A DNA stretch of 64,000 bases from Arcobacteraceae bacterium (lineage in GTDB: Bacteria; Campylobacterota; Campylobacteria; Campylobacterales; Arcobacteraceae), in NCBI GenBank assembly GCA_041672955.1, contig JBAYYP010000003.1, positions 13,899-77,898 of the forward strand, written 5' to 3'. The notes beneath the pieces were generated by a model. That model worked only from the letters and a program-made list of their open reading frames with translations. It was not told the DNA's origin and searched no databases. Made by a program: the position numbers and the translations under genes. Positions within the stretch are counted from its first letter, which is position 1. Every line of letters begins with the position of its first letter. Below, piece after piece: positions 39,593 to 48,869 of the stretch.

Positions 39593-40030
39593 ATGTTTGA
39601 AGAGTTTAAAAAGTTTCTTATAAAAGGAAACATGGTTGATATGGCGGTTGGTTTTATATTTGGAGCGGCATTTGCTACTTTGGTTCAATCGCTTGTTAAA
39701 AATATAGTTATGCCTCCTGTGGGGATGCTTCTTGGAAAAGTTGATTTTTCAAATTTGTTCATTGCACTTGATGGAAACAGTTATAACACCATTGCAGAGC
39801 TTGAAAAAGCAGGAGCCCCTGCCATAAAATTGGGGGTTTTTGCAAACGATGCTATCTCTTTTTTGATTTTAGGAACGGTTATGTTTATGCTTGTAAAAAG
39901 CTATAACAAATTAAAAGCTAAAGAAGAAGTAATACCAGCACCTGCATGCGAAAAAATATGCAGTGATTGTGCTATGCATATTCCAATTGCTGCTAAAATA
40001 TGCCCGTATTGCGGAAATAAAGAGGTTTAA
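39593..40030 (+). CDS. mscL: Large-conductance mechanosensitive channel with C-terminal Zn-ribbon
   Basis: EEFKKFLIKGNMVDMAVGFIFGAAF; C-terminal CSDC...CPYC. Confidence 0.95.
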   Translation: MFEEFKKFLIKGNMVDMAVGFIFGAAFATLVQSLVKNIVMPPVGMLLGKVDFSNLFIALDGNSYNTIAELEKAGAPAIKLGVFANDAISFLILGTVMFMLVKSYNKLKAKEEVIPAPACEKICSDCAMHIPIAAKICPYCGNKEV

Positions 40031-40063
40031 AGTCAAGAGCTTACTTTTAAGCTCATTGACTTT
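40029..40063 (+). terminator. Hairpin terminator after mscL
   Basis: AAAGTCAAGAGCTTA...TAAGCTCATTGACTTT. Confidence 0.65.
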
Positions 40064-40156
40064 GTAAAGAAAATTAAATATTTTTATTAGTAGAATTTTA
40101 ACCTTTTTTGCTAAAATGGTTTCAAAATTTAAGAATTTAAACGTAAAAGGAAATCT

Positions 40157-40453
40157 ATGTTCGAAGAGTCTTTGGATTTAACAAAATTTAGAACAACATT
40201 AAAAAAAGTTATAGAAAATATAGAGAGTTTAGAAGATATTGAACTTGATGGGTTGAAAAATGAAGTAGAAGCTGCTTTTGAAAACTATGACTATGATGGA
40301 GAAGATACCATTAAGTTTTGTGAAAAGTGGGAGAGCCTAGAAAATGGTAAAACTTACGAACTTTGTGTAGGAATTGACCATGAAGATGCCTATGAATTAA
40401 CTGTACATATGGAAGTAAATAGCAACAAAGCTACTGTAAAAAATGTCCTATAG
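40157..40453 (+). CDS. Hypothetical acidic protein
   Basis: RBS AAGGA; 98 aa; no recognised motif. Confidence 0.75.
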   Translation: MFEESLDLTKFRTTLKKVIENIESLEDIELDGLKNEVEAAFENYDYDGEDTIKFCEKWESLENGKTYELCVGIDHEDAYELTVHMEVNSNKATVKNVL

Positions 40454-40868
40454 GAAGTGGTTTGAACAGCATGCACTAAAACATGCCGCTATTATGGAAA
40501 AGCTGCACGACAAAAGCGATGATGAGGTTATTGCTTATTTTGATTTTGACAATATGAAAAAACAAGAGCTTGAGTTTTGTCCTTTGTATGCTAAAAATAA
40601 AAAATGCCATGAAATGGAAAGCTTAAACTGCTATTTGTGTGCGTGTCCTAGTTTTAGGTTTGATGACAGAGGCTTTAAAGAAGTCGAAGACAAAACTCTT
40701 TTTTCTTATTGTGCTATTGAAAGTGTTGATGGTCAAAAATTTGAAGGTGATGGAATTATTCATCAAAACTGTGAAGGGTGCTTAGTACCTCATAGTGTTG
40801 AGTATATTAAAGCACATTTCAATAAAGAATGGAAAACTATTATGAAAGAAGTTTTACCTATTCGTTAA
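40443..40868 (+). CDS. Cysteine-rich small domain protein
   Basis: FCPLY...CH...LNCYLCACP...C...NCEGCLVPH. Confidence 0.7.
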   Translation: MSYRKWFEQHALKHAAIMEKLHDKSDDEVIAYFDFDNMKKQELEFCPLYAKNKKCHEMESLNCYLCACPSFRFDDRGFKEVEDKTLFSYCAIESVDGQKFEGDGIIHQNCEGCLVPHSVEYIKAHFNKEWKTIMKEVLPIR

Positions 40869-42078
40869 GAACTATGGCAAAAATATTTTGCCCTTCTTTA
40901 TGGGTGTAGGTAAATTTAAAACCGTGTAAATCTAAAATGGTTTTAACAATATAAAGCCCTAACCCAAAGCCGTCACTTCGTTTCTCTTCTTGTGAAAAGG
41001 GTTCGGTGTAGTAAGGAAGCTCGTGTTTAAGTTTTTCGCCATATGAAATGATTTCAATACGTTTTTCATTTGCAATGGCAATTATTTGCTCTTTGGTGTT
41101 AAATTTTATGGCATTATCGAGTAAATTTTTTAATACAATTGCAAATAACTCAATATCCACATCTATAGTAAACTTTTCAAACTCTTTTTCTATGGGCAAA
41201 CTCTCAAGCAACATAATTTTAAGACTTGCTTTGTAAAGTTTTTCAAAAGAGATTTCCTCTTTATGAATATTTAAAATATTGGAAGAAATTTTTTCAACGG
41301 TTGAAAGCTCTTTTATAATATTGTTCATTCTCTCAAACGCATTTTGTAAAATTTGTTTGTCTTTTATGTTAGGAAGCGTCTCTGCAATAATCATGCCCTT
41401 AGTAATAGGGGTTCTAAGTTCGTGCATCATATTTCGCATAAAAAGATTTTTAGAACTAGACTGGTTTTTAATAAACTCAATAGCATTGGCAAAACTTTGG
41501 GCAATTTTTCCTATTTCATCGTAGCTTACTGCTTCTATTTTTACTAAAGTATTTCCATTGGAAAACTCTTCAATTTGTTTGTGCAATTTTTTCAAAGGCA
41601 AAAGTTTTTTGCGTAGTAAAATATATAGTGTGTAGAAAATAATTAAAAAAATAGTATAAACCAAAGAAGCAATGTGAAAATTATAGGGTTTTGGTTTTAA
41701 ATCTTTGAGTAAAATATTGTAACTAAGTTGTTGAACATAGATATAAAAGTCATCATCTTGTTTAAAAACCCGCATTCTTCCTAAAAAAGAATCTTTAATT
41801 AACTCCAATTTTGAAGTGTTAATAATTTCAAGTTTTGGTTCTCTTTGCGTAATTTCTTCTACCTTAAACTGTTTATAAAAAACTCTAAGCTCATCTTCTT
41901 GTGGGTAATTGTTTAGTTTTTGTAGTAAAGATTCAGCAATCACATCATAACGTTGATGTTGGGTGATAACGTATTTTTGCGTATCAATAGTAATTAAAAA
42001 TACAAATGCTAAGGTAATAGCAAAAAAAGCAACCCCAAAAATAATGTTGATAAACGCAGAAATAGAGATGTTTTTCAT
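40858..42078 (-). CDS. ArsS/CprS-family sensor histidine kinase
   Basis: Two TM helices, HAMP, MHELRTPITKG, KNLLDNAIKF, GFGLGLYIV. Confidence 0.92.
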   Translation of the reverse strand: MKNISISAFINIIFGVAFFAITLAFVFLITIDTQKYVITQHQRYDVIAESLLQKLNNYPQEDELRVFYKQFKVEEITQREPKLEIINTSKLELIKDSFLGRMRVFKQDDDFYIYVQQLSYNILLKDLKPKPYNFHIASLVYTIFLIIFYTLYILLRKKLLPLKKLHKQIEEFSNGNTLVKIEAVSYDEIGKIAQSFANAIEFIKNQSSSKNLFMRNMMHELRTPITKGMIIAETLPNIKDKQILQNAFERMNNIIKELSTVEKISSNILNIHKEEISFEKLYKASLKIMLLESLPIEKEFEKFTIDVDIELFAIVLKNLLDNAIKFNTKEQIIAIANEKRIEIISYGEKLKHELPYYTEPFSQEEKRSDGFGLGLYIVKTILDLHGFKFTYTHKEGQNIFAIVLNE

Positions 42079-42746
42079 AGAATCAACTGATAGCCAATAC
42101 CTCTGACCGATTTTATGTAGGTCTTTAAATCGTCTACTTGAGCGATTTTATTGCGTATTCGTGAAATCATAACATCTATATTTTTTAAGCTGCTTTCATC
42201 TTCAATATGAAAACTGTCGTAAATAAAATCTTCTCTTGAAATTACACCCCCTTTTCTTTGAATAAGAAGCTTTAAAATATCAAACTCTGCCATAGTTAAT
42301 TCCAAAAGTGTTCCTTGGAAAAATATTTGCATATCTTCAAGTTTAAGTAAAAAAATAGGAGTAGGTTCCTCTTTTGCTTCAGGGTGGCTTCGCTTTAAAA
42401 TGGCTTTAATTCTTGCACTTAGTTCTCTTGGGTTGTAAGGTTTTGGCAAATAATCATCAGCACCTCGTTCTAACCCCATAACTTTATCTAAAATGTCATC
42501 TCTGGCACTGGTGATTATTATAGGAATTTTAGAACACTCTCTAATTTTAGGAATGAGTTCTAGTCCATCAATTTCAGGCAAGGTTAAATCTAAAATCAAA
42601 AGCTCATAAGTGCTATCGTTTTTTATCATAGATAGCCCTGTATATGGACTATCTGTATTAGTTACTTCGAGATCAAAAGAGCTTAAATAGCGTATAATAA
42701 TATCGGCAAGCTCTAAGTCGTCTTCAATCATTAATACTTTAGTAAT
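42075..42746 (-). CDS. OmpR-family response regulator (CprR-like); probable ATT start
   Basis: (I)TKVLMIEDD; LDLTLPEIDG; GADDYLPKPY; SVRGIGY; htrA-RR-HK order as in Campylobacter htrA-cprRS. Confidence 0.88.
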   Translation of the reverse strand: MTKVLMIEDDLELADIIIRYLSSFDLEVTNTDSPYTGLSMIKNDSTYELLILDLTLPEIDGLELIPKIRECSKIPIIITSARDDILDKVMGLERGADDYLPKPYNPRELSARIKAILKRSHPEAKEEPTPIFLLKLEDMQIFFQGTLLELTMAEFDILKLLIQRKGGVISREDFIYDSFHIEDESSLKNIDVMISRIRNKIAQVDDLKTYIKSVRGIGYQLIL

Positions 42747-42756
42747 GGGGAATCCT

Positions 42757-44178
42757 TTATTGTATTACAAACAAAATGGTTTGACCATAACGGTTTACAT
42801 AAACTCTTTTATTGGCTTTATCATATTTTGTAAGTGCAACTTGAATATCTTTGAGTGTTTTAATCTCAATATCTTCAATTTGAAGGATAACATCACCTGG
42901 TTGAAAACCAACTTTTTCAGCTACGCCTTTTGGTTCAACATCTTTAATCATAACGCCATCAAAGTTTTTAGGAAGTCGATATTTTTGAGAAATAGTGTCA
43001 TCTATTTGTGCAAGTGCTAATCCCCCTAAAACAGTGCCGCTGCTTGAAGTGATTTCCGATGTTCTATCCCCTAAAACAATAACCAGAGTCATATTTTTTT
43101 TATCTCGTTCAAGCTCTAACACAATTTTTTGTTTAGGTTTAAATGCTCCCACAAGGTTTTGTAAATCGACACGGTCTTTAATAATGGTGTCGTTGATTTT
43201 ATAAATTAAATCTCCTCGTTTCAGACCATATTTTTCAGCAGGAGTATCTTTTTCTACATCTAAAACCAAAGCACCTTCTTTTTTGTTGTACACTTTTTGT
43301 AAATCAACGCTAATATCTTCAATAATAACCCCTAAATAGCCTCGTGTTACTTTGCCATCTTCAATAAGTTTTATAACCACATTTTTAACCATATCTATAG
43401 GAATTGCAAAACCAATACCGTCGTTTCCACCGCTTCTTGTAATAATGGCAGAGTTAATCCCAATTAAAGCTCCACGAGAGTCAACCAACGCTCCCCCTGA
43501 GTTTCCAGGGTTAATAGAAGCATCCGTTTGAATAAAGTTTTCATATCGGTTAATACCTACTCGGTTTTTGTTCAATGCTGAAATAATTCCTTGAGAAATA
43601 GATTCTCCAAGACCAAACGGGTTTCCAATGGCAAAAACAAAATCGCCAATTCTTAAGTCGCTTGAGTGTGCAAAGGTGATAGGGACAAGATTTTTTACTT
43701 CAATTTTAATAACGGCTAAATCTGAATCGGCATCTTTTCCTATGATTTTTGCAGAGTATTCATTTTTATCGCCTGAAATAGTTACAATAATTTCATCTGA
43801 ATTATCAACTACATGGTTATTTGTAACTATGTAGCCATCTTTCGAGACAACTACTCCAGAACCCAATGAACGATGGATTCGGTTTTCATTAAATGAGTTG
43901 CCAAAATCTTCACCGAAAAATTTTCGCATAACGGGGTCATTTAACATTTGAGAAGGAACATTATTGGTTCTATTAACATGCTTTTTAGCAGAAATATTTA
44001 CCACCGAAGTAACAGAATCTTTGATTAATTCATGAAATGAAAATATTTGTTTAGAGTTGTTAGGAATAATGCGTTGAGGGTTTTTTTCAAGTGTATTAAA
44101 TGTAATGGTTTGAGAAAAGAGGTTTGCTGTTAAAAAACAAGTGGCTAAAAGTAGTAACTTTTTACTTTGTATAAACAT
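42757..44178 (-). CDS. htrA: Periplasmic serine protease Do/DegQ
   Basis: TNNHVV; DLAVIKI; QTDASINPGNSGG; two PDZ domains. Confidence 0.95.
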   Translation of the reverse strand: MFIQSKKLLLLATCFLTANLFSQTITFNTLEKNPQRIIPNNSKQIFSFHELIKDSVTSVVNISAKKHVNRTNNVPSQMLNDPVMRKFFGEDFGNSFNENRIHRSLGSGVVVSKDGYIVTNNHVVDNSDEIIVTISGDKNEYSAKIIGKDADSDLAVIKIEVKNLVPITFAHSSDLRIGDFVFAIGNPFGLGESISQGIISALNKNRVGINRYENFIQTDASINPGNSGGALVDSRGALIGINSAIITRSGGNDGIGFAIPIDMVKNVVIKLIEDGKVTRGYLGVIIEDISVDLQKVYNKKEGALVLDVEKDTPAEKYGLKRGDLIYKINDTIIKDRVDLQNLVGAFKPKQKIVLELERDKKNMTLVIVLGDRTSEITSSSGTVLGGLALAQIDDTISQKYRLPKNFDGVMIKDVEPKGVAEKVGFQPGDVILQIEDIEIKTLKDIQVALTKYDKANKRVYVNRYGQTILFVIQ

Positions 44179-44209
44179 AAAAGTATCCTTTTTAAGTAAT
44201 TATAGTGAA

Positions 44210-44266
44210 ACTATAACACGAATAAATAAACTGTATACCAACGAAAGGTTAATAAAAAGTTAATAA
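44210..44266 (-). promoter_or_regulatory. htrA promoter: extended -10 plus OmpR-type direct repeat
   Basis: TGnTATAGT on the minus strand (hexamer 44210-44215); GTTAATAA repeated at 44248 and 44259 (11-bp period). Confidence 0.5.
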
Positions 44267-44270
44267 GAAT

Positions 44271-44297
44271 AGGTGCATATTAAAATAATATGCACCT
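44271..44297 (-). terminator. Hairpin after ilvD
   Basis: AGGTGCATATT-AAAAT-AATATGCACCT, perfect 11-bp stem. Confidence 0.7.
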
Positions 44298-44302
44298 TTT
44301 GT

Positions 44303-45994
44303 TTAAAAAAGGTCAGTTTTTAACACAGCACCGCTGCTGGCATTGGTAACTAAACTTCTGTATTGTCCTAACCATCTTGAAGTGATAGGTTTTTTTAACG
44401 GTTTGAAGTTGGCTCTCCGTTTTGCAATCTCTTCGTCGCTTATATTTACTCTTAAGATATATTGGTCAACATCAATGTGAATTTCATCTCCATCTTGTAG
44501 TAATCCAATCACTCCACCCTCGGCTGCTTCTGGGCTTACGTGTCCAATAGAAGCACCTCGTGTGGCACCTGAAAATCTTCCATCAGTTATAAGTGCAACC
44601 GAATCACCTAGACCCATTCCCATAATTAAAGAAGTAGGGGCTAGCATCTCTTGCATTCCAGGACCACCTTTTGGACCTTCGTATCGTATAACTACCACAT
44701 TTCCTGCTTTTACTTTTCCATCAATAATGCCACGAATAGTTTCAGGTTGTCCGTCAAAACAAACTGCTGTTCCTGTAAAAACTCTCTCCCCCGTAATTCC
44801 AGCTGTTTTAATAACCGCACCTTGTTCAGCTAAGTTTCCGTATAAAATAGCTAAACCACCCACTTCTGAGTAAGGGTTATCAAAGGTGTGAATAATATTG
44901 GTATCTTTAATATAAGAGTCTTTAATTTTTTCTAAAACCGTTTCTCCCATAATAGTTAAGTTATCTAATAAAATGTTATCGCCTCGTTTGGTCATTTCTT
45001 TCATAACGGCGTTTACACCACCTGCTTTATTAATATCTTCCATGTGAACAGTAGTTAAACTTGGACTTATTTTAGCAATGTGTGAAACTCTTTTTGAAAT
45101 GGAGTTAATATCTTCTAAATTAAAATTAACATCGGCTTCTTTAGCAATAGCTAACATGTGTAAAACCGTGTTAGAGCTTCCACCCATTGCCATATCTACT
45201 GCAAACGCATTTCGTACGGCATTTTCATTTAAAATATTTCTAAGTTTAAATTTTTTAGTTAACTCTTTGTCTTTGGCAATTTCACAAATTCTTCGTGCAG
45301 CTTGACGGTATAACACTTCTCTCTCAGGGGTAAGTGCTAAAATAGTTCCATTTCCTGGTAGTGCAATTCCCATGGCTTCCATAAGTGTGTTCATAGAGTT
45401 TGCAGTAAACATTCCAGAACATGAACCACCACTAGGACAAGCGTTGCATTCAATATCCTTTAACTCTTCATCACTTATTTCACCCGTTTCATGTCTTCCA
45501 ACAGCTTCAAAAGCAGTAGCTAAATCAATAGGAGTACCATCTTTTGTGTACCCTTTTTGCATAGGACCACCACTTACAAAAATAGTAGGAACATCAACTC
45601 TTAAAGCGCCCATAATCATACCTGGAACAATTTTATCGCAGTTTGGAATAGCAATCATGGCATCGAGTTTATGAGCATTCATAACCGTTTCAATAGAGTT
45701 AGCAATAATCTCTCTTGAAGGAAGAGAAAACAACATTCCATCGTGACCCATAGCAATACCGTCATCCACTCCAATAGTATTAAACTCAAAAGGAACACAA
45801 CCATTGGCTCTAATTTCATCTTTAACAATAGCAGAAACTTTATCTAGGAAAAAATGCCCTGGAATAATCTCAATAAAAGAGTTTGCAACCCCAATAAATG
45901 GTTTTTCAAAATCTTCGTCTTTAAGTCCTGTTGCTCTCAACAATGATCGATGAGGTGTTCGGTCAAACCCTCTTTTTACTTCATCACTTCGCAT
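44303..45994 (-). CDS. ilvD: Dihydroxy-acid dehydratase
   Basis: MRSDEVK start after GGAAGGA; [10 protein letters not shown]; NCDKIVPG; [11 protein letters not shown]; [10 protein letters not shown]; TDGRFSG. Confidence 0.97.
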   Translation of the reverse strand: MRSDEVKRGFDRTPHRSLLRATGLKDEDFEKPFIGVANSFIEIIPGHFFLDKVSAIVKDEIRANGCVPFEFNTIGVDDGIAMGHDGMLFSLPSREIIANSIETVMNAHKLDAMIAIPNCDKIVPGMIMGALRVDVPTIFVSGGPMQKGYTKDGTPIDLATAFEAVGRHETGEISDEELKDIECNACPSGGSCSGMFTANSMNTLMEAMGIALPGNGTILALTPEREVLYRQAARRICEIAKDKELTKKFKLRNILNENAVRNAFAVDMAMGGSSNTVLHMLAIAKEADVNFNLEDINSISKRVSHIAKISPSLTTVHMEDINKAGGVNAVMKEMTKRGDNILLDNLTIMGETVLEKIKDSYIKDTNIIHTFDNPYSEVGGLAILYGNLAEQGAVIKTAGITGERVFTGTAVCFDGQPETIRGIIDGKVKAGNVVVIRYEGPKGGPGMQEMLAPTSLIMGMGLGDSVALITDGRFSGATRGASIGHVSPEAAEGGVIGLLQDGDEIHIDVDQYILRVNISDEEIAKRRANFKPLKKPITSRWLGQYRSLVTNASSGAVLKTDLF

Positions 45995-46063
45995 GAAAAA
46001 TCCTTCCGTTTTTATAATTTTCAATGATTATATCAAAAAAAGAAAAATATTTTATTAAAGCTC

Positions 46064-46092
46064 TTGACAAATATTTTTTTTTTAATTATAAT
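46064..46092 (+). promoter_or_regulatory. Consensus sigma70 promoter of the tRNA operon
   Basis: TTGACA (46064-46069), 17-bp spacer, TATAAT (46087-46092). Confidence 0.9.
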
Positions 46093-46129
46093 TCCAATCC
46101 ATTTTAAGACATAGTGCTTAAAATGAATT

Positions 46130-46216
46130 GCGAGTGTGGCGGAACTGGTAGACGCGCGGGACTTAAAATCCCGTTCCCATTAGGGAGTGTGAGTTCGATT
46201 CTCACCATTCGCACCA
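46130..46216 (+). tRNA. tRNA-Leu (anticodon TAA)
   Basis: Cloverleaf with long variable arm, loop CTTAAAA, GTTCGA T-loop, encoded CCA. Confidence 0.95.
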
Positions 46217-46230
46217 CTAATTATTAATGT

Positions 46231-46319
46231 AGAGAGCTGCCAGAGTTGGTCGAATGGACCGGTTTTGAAAACCGGCGAGGTGAAAGCCTCCGGGGGTTCG
46301 AATCCCCCGCTCTCTGCCA
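46231..46319 (+). tRNA. tRNA-Ser (anticodon TGA)
   Basis: Acceptor stem AGAGAGC/GCTCTCT; CCGGT-TTTGAAA-ACCGG anticodon arm; long variable arm; GCCA end. Confidence 0.95.
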
Positions 46320-46376
46320 TTAATCAAAATAAATCATCTAACTTCTCAATTTAAATGATTTAGCCTATACTTTTTT

Positions 46377-46451
46377 GGAGCCATAGCAAAGTGGCTAATG
46401 CATTGGATTGCAAATCCTTGATCCTCGGTTCGACTCCGAGTGGCTCCTCCA
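46377..46451 (+). tRNA. tRNA-Cys (anticodon GCA)
   Basis: GGAGCCA/TGGCTCC acceptor stem; loop TTGCAAA; U73 discriminator then CCA. Confidence 0.95.
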
Positions 46452-46540
46452 AATCATCATCTAACAAAATCCAACAAAGCCTATAAAATAAGACTTCTTA
46501 AACAATAATTTGATATGTTTAGTCCAATTCAATCTATCGT

Positions 46541-46585
46541 AATGTACCATTGACTATACTTTTTTGGTACATCAAATGGTACATT
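46541..46585. repeat. TGGTACAT motif x3 (one inverted, two direct); candidate integrase arm-type sites
   Basis: AATGTACCAT at 46541-46550 is the exact reverse complement of ATGGTACATT at 46576-46585; direct copy at 46565-46572. Confidence 0.55.
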
Positions 46586-46694
46586 GACTTTTTTTAACAA
46601 TTTTTTAAATAAGGTATCCTTGTAAACTTTATTATATTCATTTGTAAACTTTATCTAAATTATTGGAAAATAGAAAATATTGTTTTAATTGATT

Positions 46695-46769
46695 TTACAA
46701 TTTAGGTTCGAAACTACCATTTTTATCTCTTGGAGTTTCTAACTCAAATGTTTCATTCGTAGATTTCAT
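46695..46769 (-). pseudogene. IS256-family transposase fragment
   Basis: Translates MKSTNETFELETPRDKNGSFEPKL*, matching the IS256 PRDRxGxFEP motif. Confidence 0.7.
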
Positions 46770-47009
46770 TATTTGTAGCACCTTCTTCTACTTCAAATAT
46801 TAAAGTATCATTCTTGCATGATGATAGTTTTAGAGTTACGAAGCCAATGAAAAGAAAAAAGAATAAAATATATTTTAATTAGTTCGTTTACTGGTTCACC
46901 ATAATTTATATTTTATATATTAATACTCTTAATATTGCTATTTAATAGGAAGTTTGTGAATTAAGTTAGTTCATTTCTTAGTTCATAAAATAGCTAATTT
47001 TAGATATAT

Positions 47010-47339
47010 ATGAGCAGTTGTTTAAAACTTGATAGCTTATCTGAAAGAATAGAAAAATATTGTCATAGTGCTAACGCATCTTTTTTAAGAATCAATCCCT
47101 TGCCTCAAGGAAGCAATAAACTTTTTAAAGCTTTACTACTTAAAGGCGAAGTTCAAAGAGGTGAAGAAGTACAAAATATTATAGGAATGAAAAAAACATA
47201 CAGTTCACAACTCGTTTCTGAATTATTAAACAGATACTATTTAGTATCAGATGGACCAAGAAAAGCACTAAGAATTAATTTTAATGCCCACTTTGCCTCA
47301 CAATTATTTCCAGAACTTATGCCTCTTGAAAGAAACTGA
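47010..47339 (+). pseudogene. C-terminal winged-helix fragment of a Fic-family protein
   Basis: LLLKGEVQRGE...LVSDGPRKALRINF...LFPEL resembles Fic C-termini; no Fic catalytic motif. Confidence 0.55.
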
Positions 47340-47407
47340 AAATATACCAGTGTTTTTAGTATTTAATGTATAGAGCTAAAAAACAGAATTTATTAAACCT
47401 TCTTACT

Positions 47408-47758
47408 TTAAATATTCATTAACCCATCTTCTTTAATCTCTTCAAAGTAAAAACCTTTGCAACTCATGCTTTTAGTTATGGCTAATCGCTCTTTTAAAAA
47501 CCATTGTAATTGGTTTTCTGATTTATCATATAAATCAAGGTTTCGAACAAGTTCTGATCTTGCGAAGCTATCATCATAGGAAAAAACATTAAACATACTG
47601 TTTTGTTCAAACTCTTTGCCTTCATTTATATCTATATCTGAAAAAGCATATCCTGGTGTGTTATCATCGTATTTAAAATAAAAAATATCTTTTTGTGTAT
47701 CATAACTAAGTGTTCCAAATGCTCTACGCCATTTATCTATAACTAACAATGCTTTCAT
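47408..47758 (-). CDS. HipA N-terminal-like small protein
   Basis: GTLSYD...FYFKYD...MFNVF pattern; RBS AAGGA. Confidence 0.4.
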   Translation of the reverse strand: MKALLVIDKWRRAFGTLSYDTQKDIFYFKYDDNTPGYAFSDIDINEGKEFEQNSMFNVFSYDDSFARSELVRNLDLYDKSENQLQWFLKERLAITKSMSCKGFYFEEIKEDGLMNI

Positions 47759-47819
47759 AACAATCCTTATTGAAATTTGATTAAAAAATGCCTCTTTTAC
47801 AGATTAAATTTACTATCTT

Positions 47820-48284
47820 CTATAATCCATTTTTCTTATTAATATATTGCATTCCACATGCTTCATCTTCTCGTGACCACACTTCTAAAGGCTTTTTTAA
47901 AATATCTACTTCATTGGAATCTAAAAGAGAGTTGTTTGCAATATATACATATGCTTTTTGAACAATATTATCTAGGGTTCTTACTTCAATTGTTTCTCTG
48001 TTATAAAAACCTGCACTAACTCCTTCTAAAATATCCAGTTCAGAAAGAAGCTCATTATTAATTTTATACAATTCACCTTTTACAGATATTGATTTTTTAA
48101 TATCTTCATGGGATATTGCTTTAAATAAAAATGGAAAAAAGTAATTAATGTTGGGGTACATTAAAAAGGTATCAAGAGTAGTTGCATTATCTATTTTTAA
48201 AGCATTTTCCAATAAAAAGTGATTATAAAATCCACTTTTTAAGCTTCCATATACAAAAACATTTATTGTTAAATCTTTATTCAT
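47820..48284 (-). CDS. Gamma-glutamylcyclotransferase (GGCT/AIG2-like), copy 1
   Basis: VFVYGSLK.G..NH; VKGELY; LDILEG; YNR. Confidence 0.88.
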   Translation of the reverse strand: MNKDLTINVFVYGSLKSGFYNHFLLENALKIDNATTLDTFLMYPNINYFFPFLFKAISHEDIKKSISVKGELYKINNELLSELDILEGVSAGFYNRETIEVRTLDNIVQKAYVYIANNSLLDSNEVDILKKPLEVWSREDEACGMQYINKKNGL

Positions 48285-48317
48285 ATTGGTTTTTACTCTT
48301 TTCTTATCTGTTTTAAA

Positions 48318-48346
48318 ACAATATCAAATTGACAAAAATGTGTCAA
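48318..48346 (-). promoter_or_regulatory. Promoter of GGCT copy 1 overlapped by the palindrome TTGACA-N6-TGTCAA
   Basis: Minus strand TTGACA, 17 bp, TATTGT; palindrome at 48329-48346. Confidence 0.55.
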
Positions 48347-48358
48347 GTAGATTTTCAA

Positions 48359-48622
48359 CTAAAGTTCTCTATCTTCTATCTCCTTAAGTTGTTCAATCAT
48401 ACAAGTTTTTAAATTCTCAAAAGCAATAAGCTTTATCGTGTCTCTTTCATTAAAAGCAATATCAATATCCTCTTCTATCTCCGCTAACTCTTTTGTAATT
48501 ATTTTTTTCATCTCTTCATCGGGTTTTTTTACATAACTAGCTTCAAGAACATCAATTAAGTTTTGTAAGGTATTTAAGTTTACCGTGTAATTTTTATTTT
48601 CCATAAACTCTCCTAAAGGCAT
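48359..48622 (-). CDS. Hypothetical helical protein
   Basis: Open frame; probable start at MENK after GGAG. Confidence 0.6.
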   Translation of the reverse strand: MPLGEFMENKNYTVNLNTLQNLIDVLEASYVKKPDEEMKKIITKELAEIEEDIDIAFNERDTIKLIAFENLKTCMIEQLKEIEDREL

Positions 48623-48830
48623 CTTCTAAATTTTCAAGTGTAGGCTTTCTTCCTAAAGGAACAGTGCTATTTGTTGCACATCTTGAGGTTACACACATAT
48701 ATTGAAGTGCATACCCAGCAATTGGGTCATGAGTTAGAGTAAACTCTATTCCTTGTATTGTAGAGGATAAAAAACCTAAGCTGTTTTCTGTAAAGCCAAT
48801 AAGCTCTAAATATTCATTTATCTCTTGCAT
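48594..48830 (-). CDS. Hypothetical protein
   Basis: Co-directional in the operon; overlaps the next gene. Confidence 0.6.
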   Translation of the reverse strand: MQEINEYLELIGFTENSLGFLSSTIQGIEFTLTHDPIAGYALQYMCVTSRCATNSTVPLGRKPTLENLEDAFRRVYGK

Positions 48831-48869
48831 TTTGTTTCTTTTTGTTTTATTTATTACTTTTATAGGTAG

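Noticed and set aside
46231-46319. Selenocysteine tRNA
   Set aside because: The anticodon is TGA (reads UCA, Ser), not TCA, and the acceptor stem is a normal 7 bp
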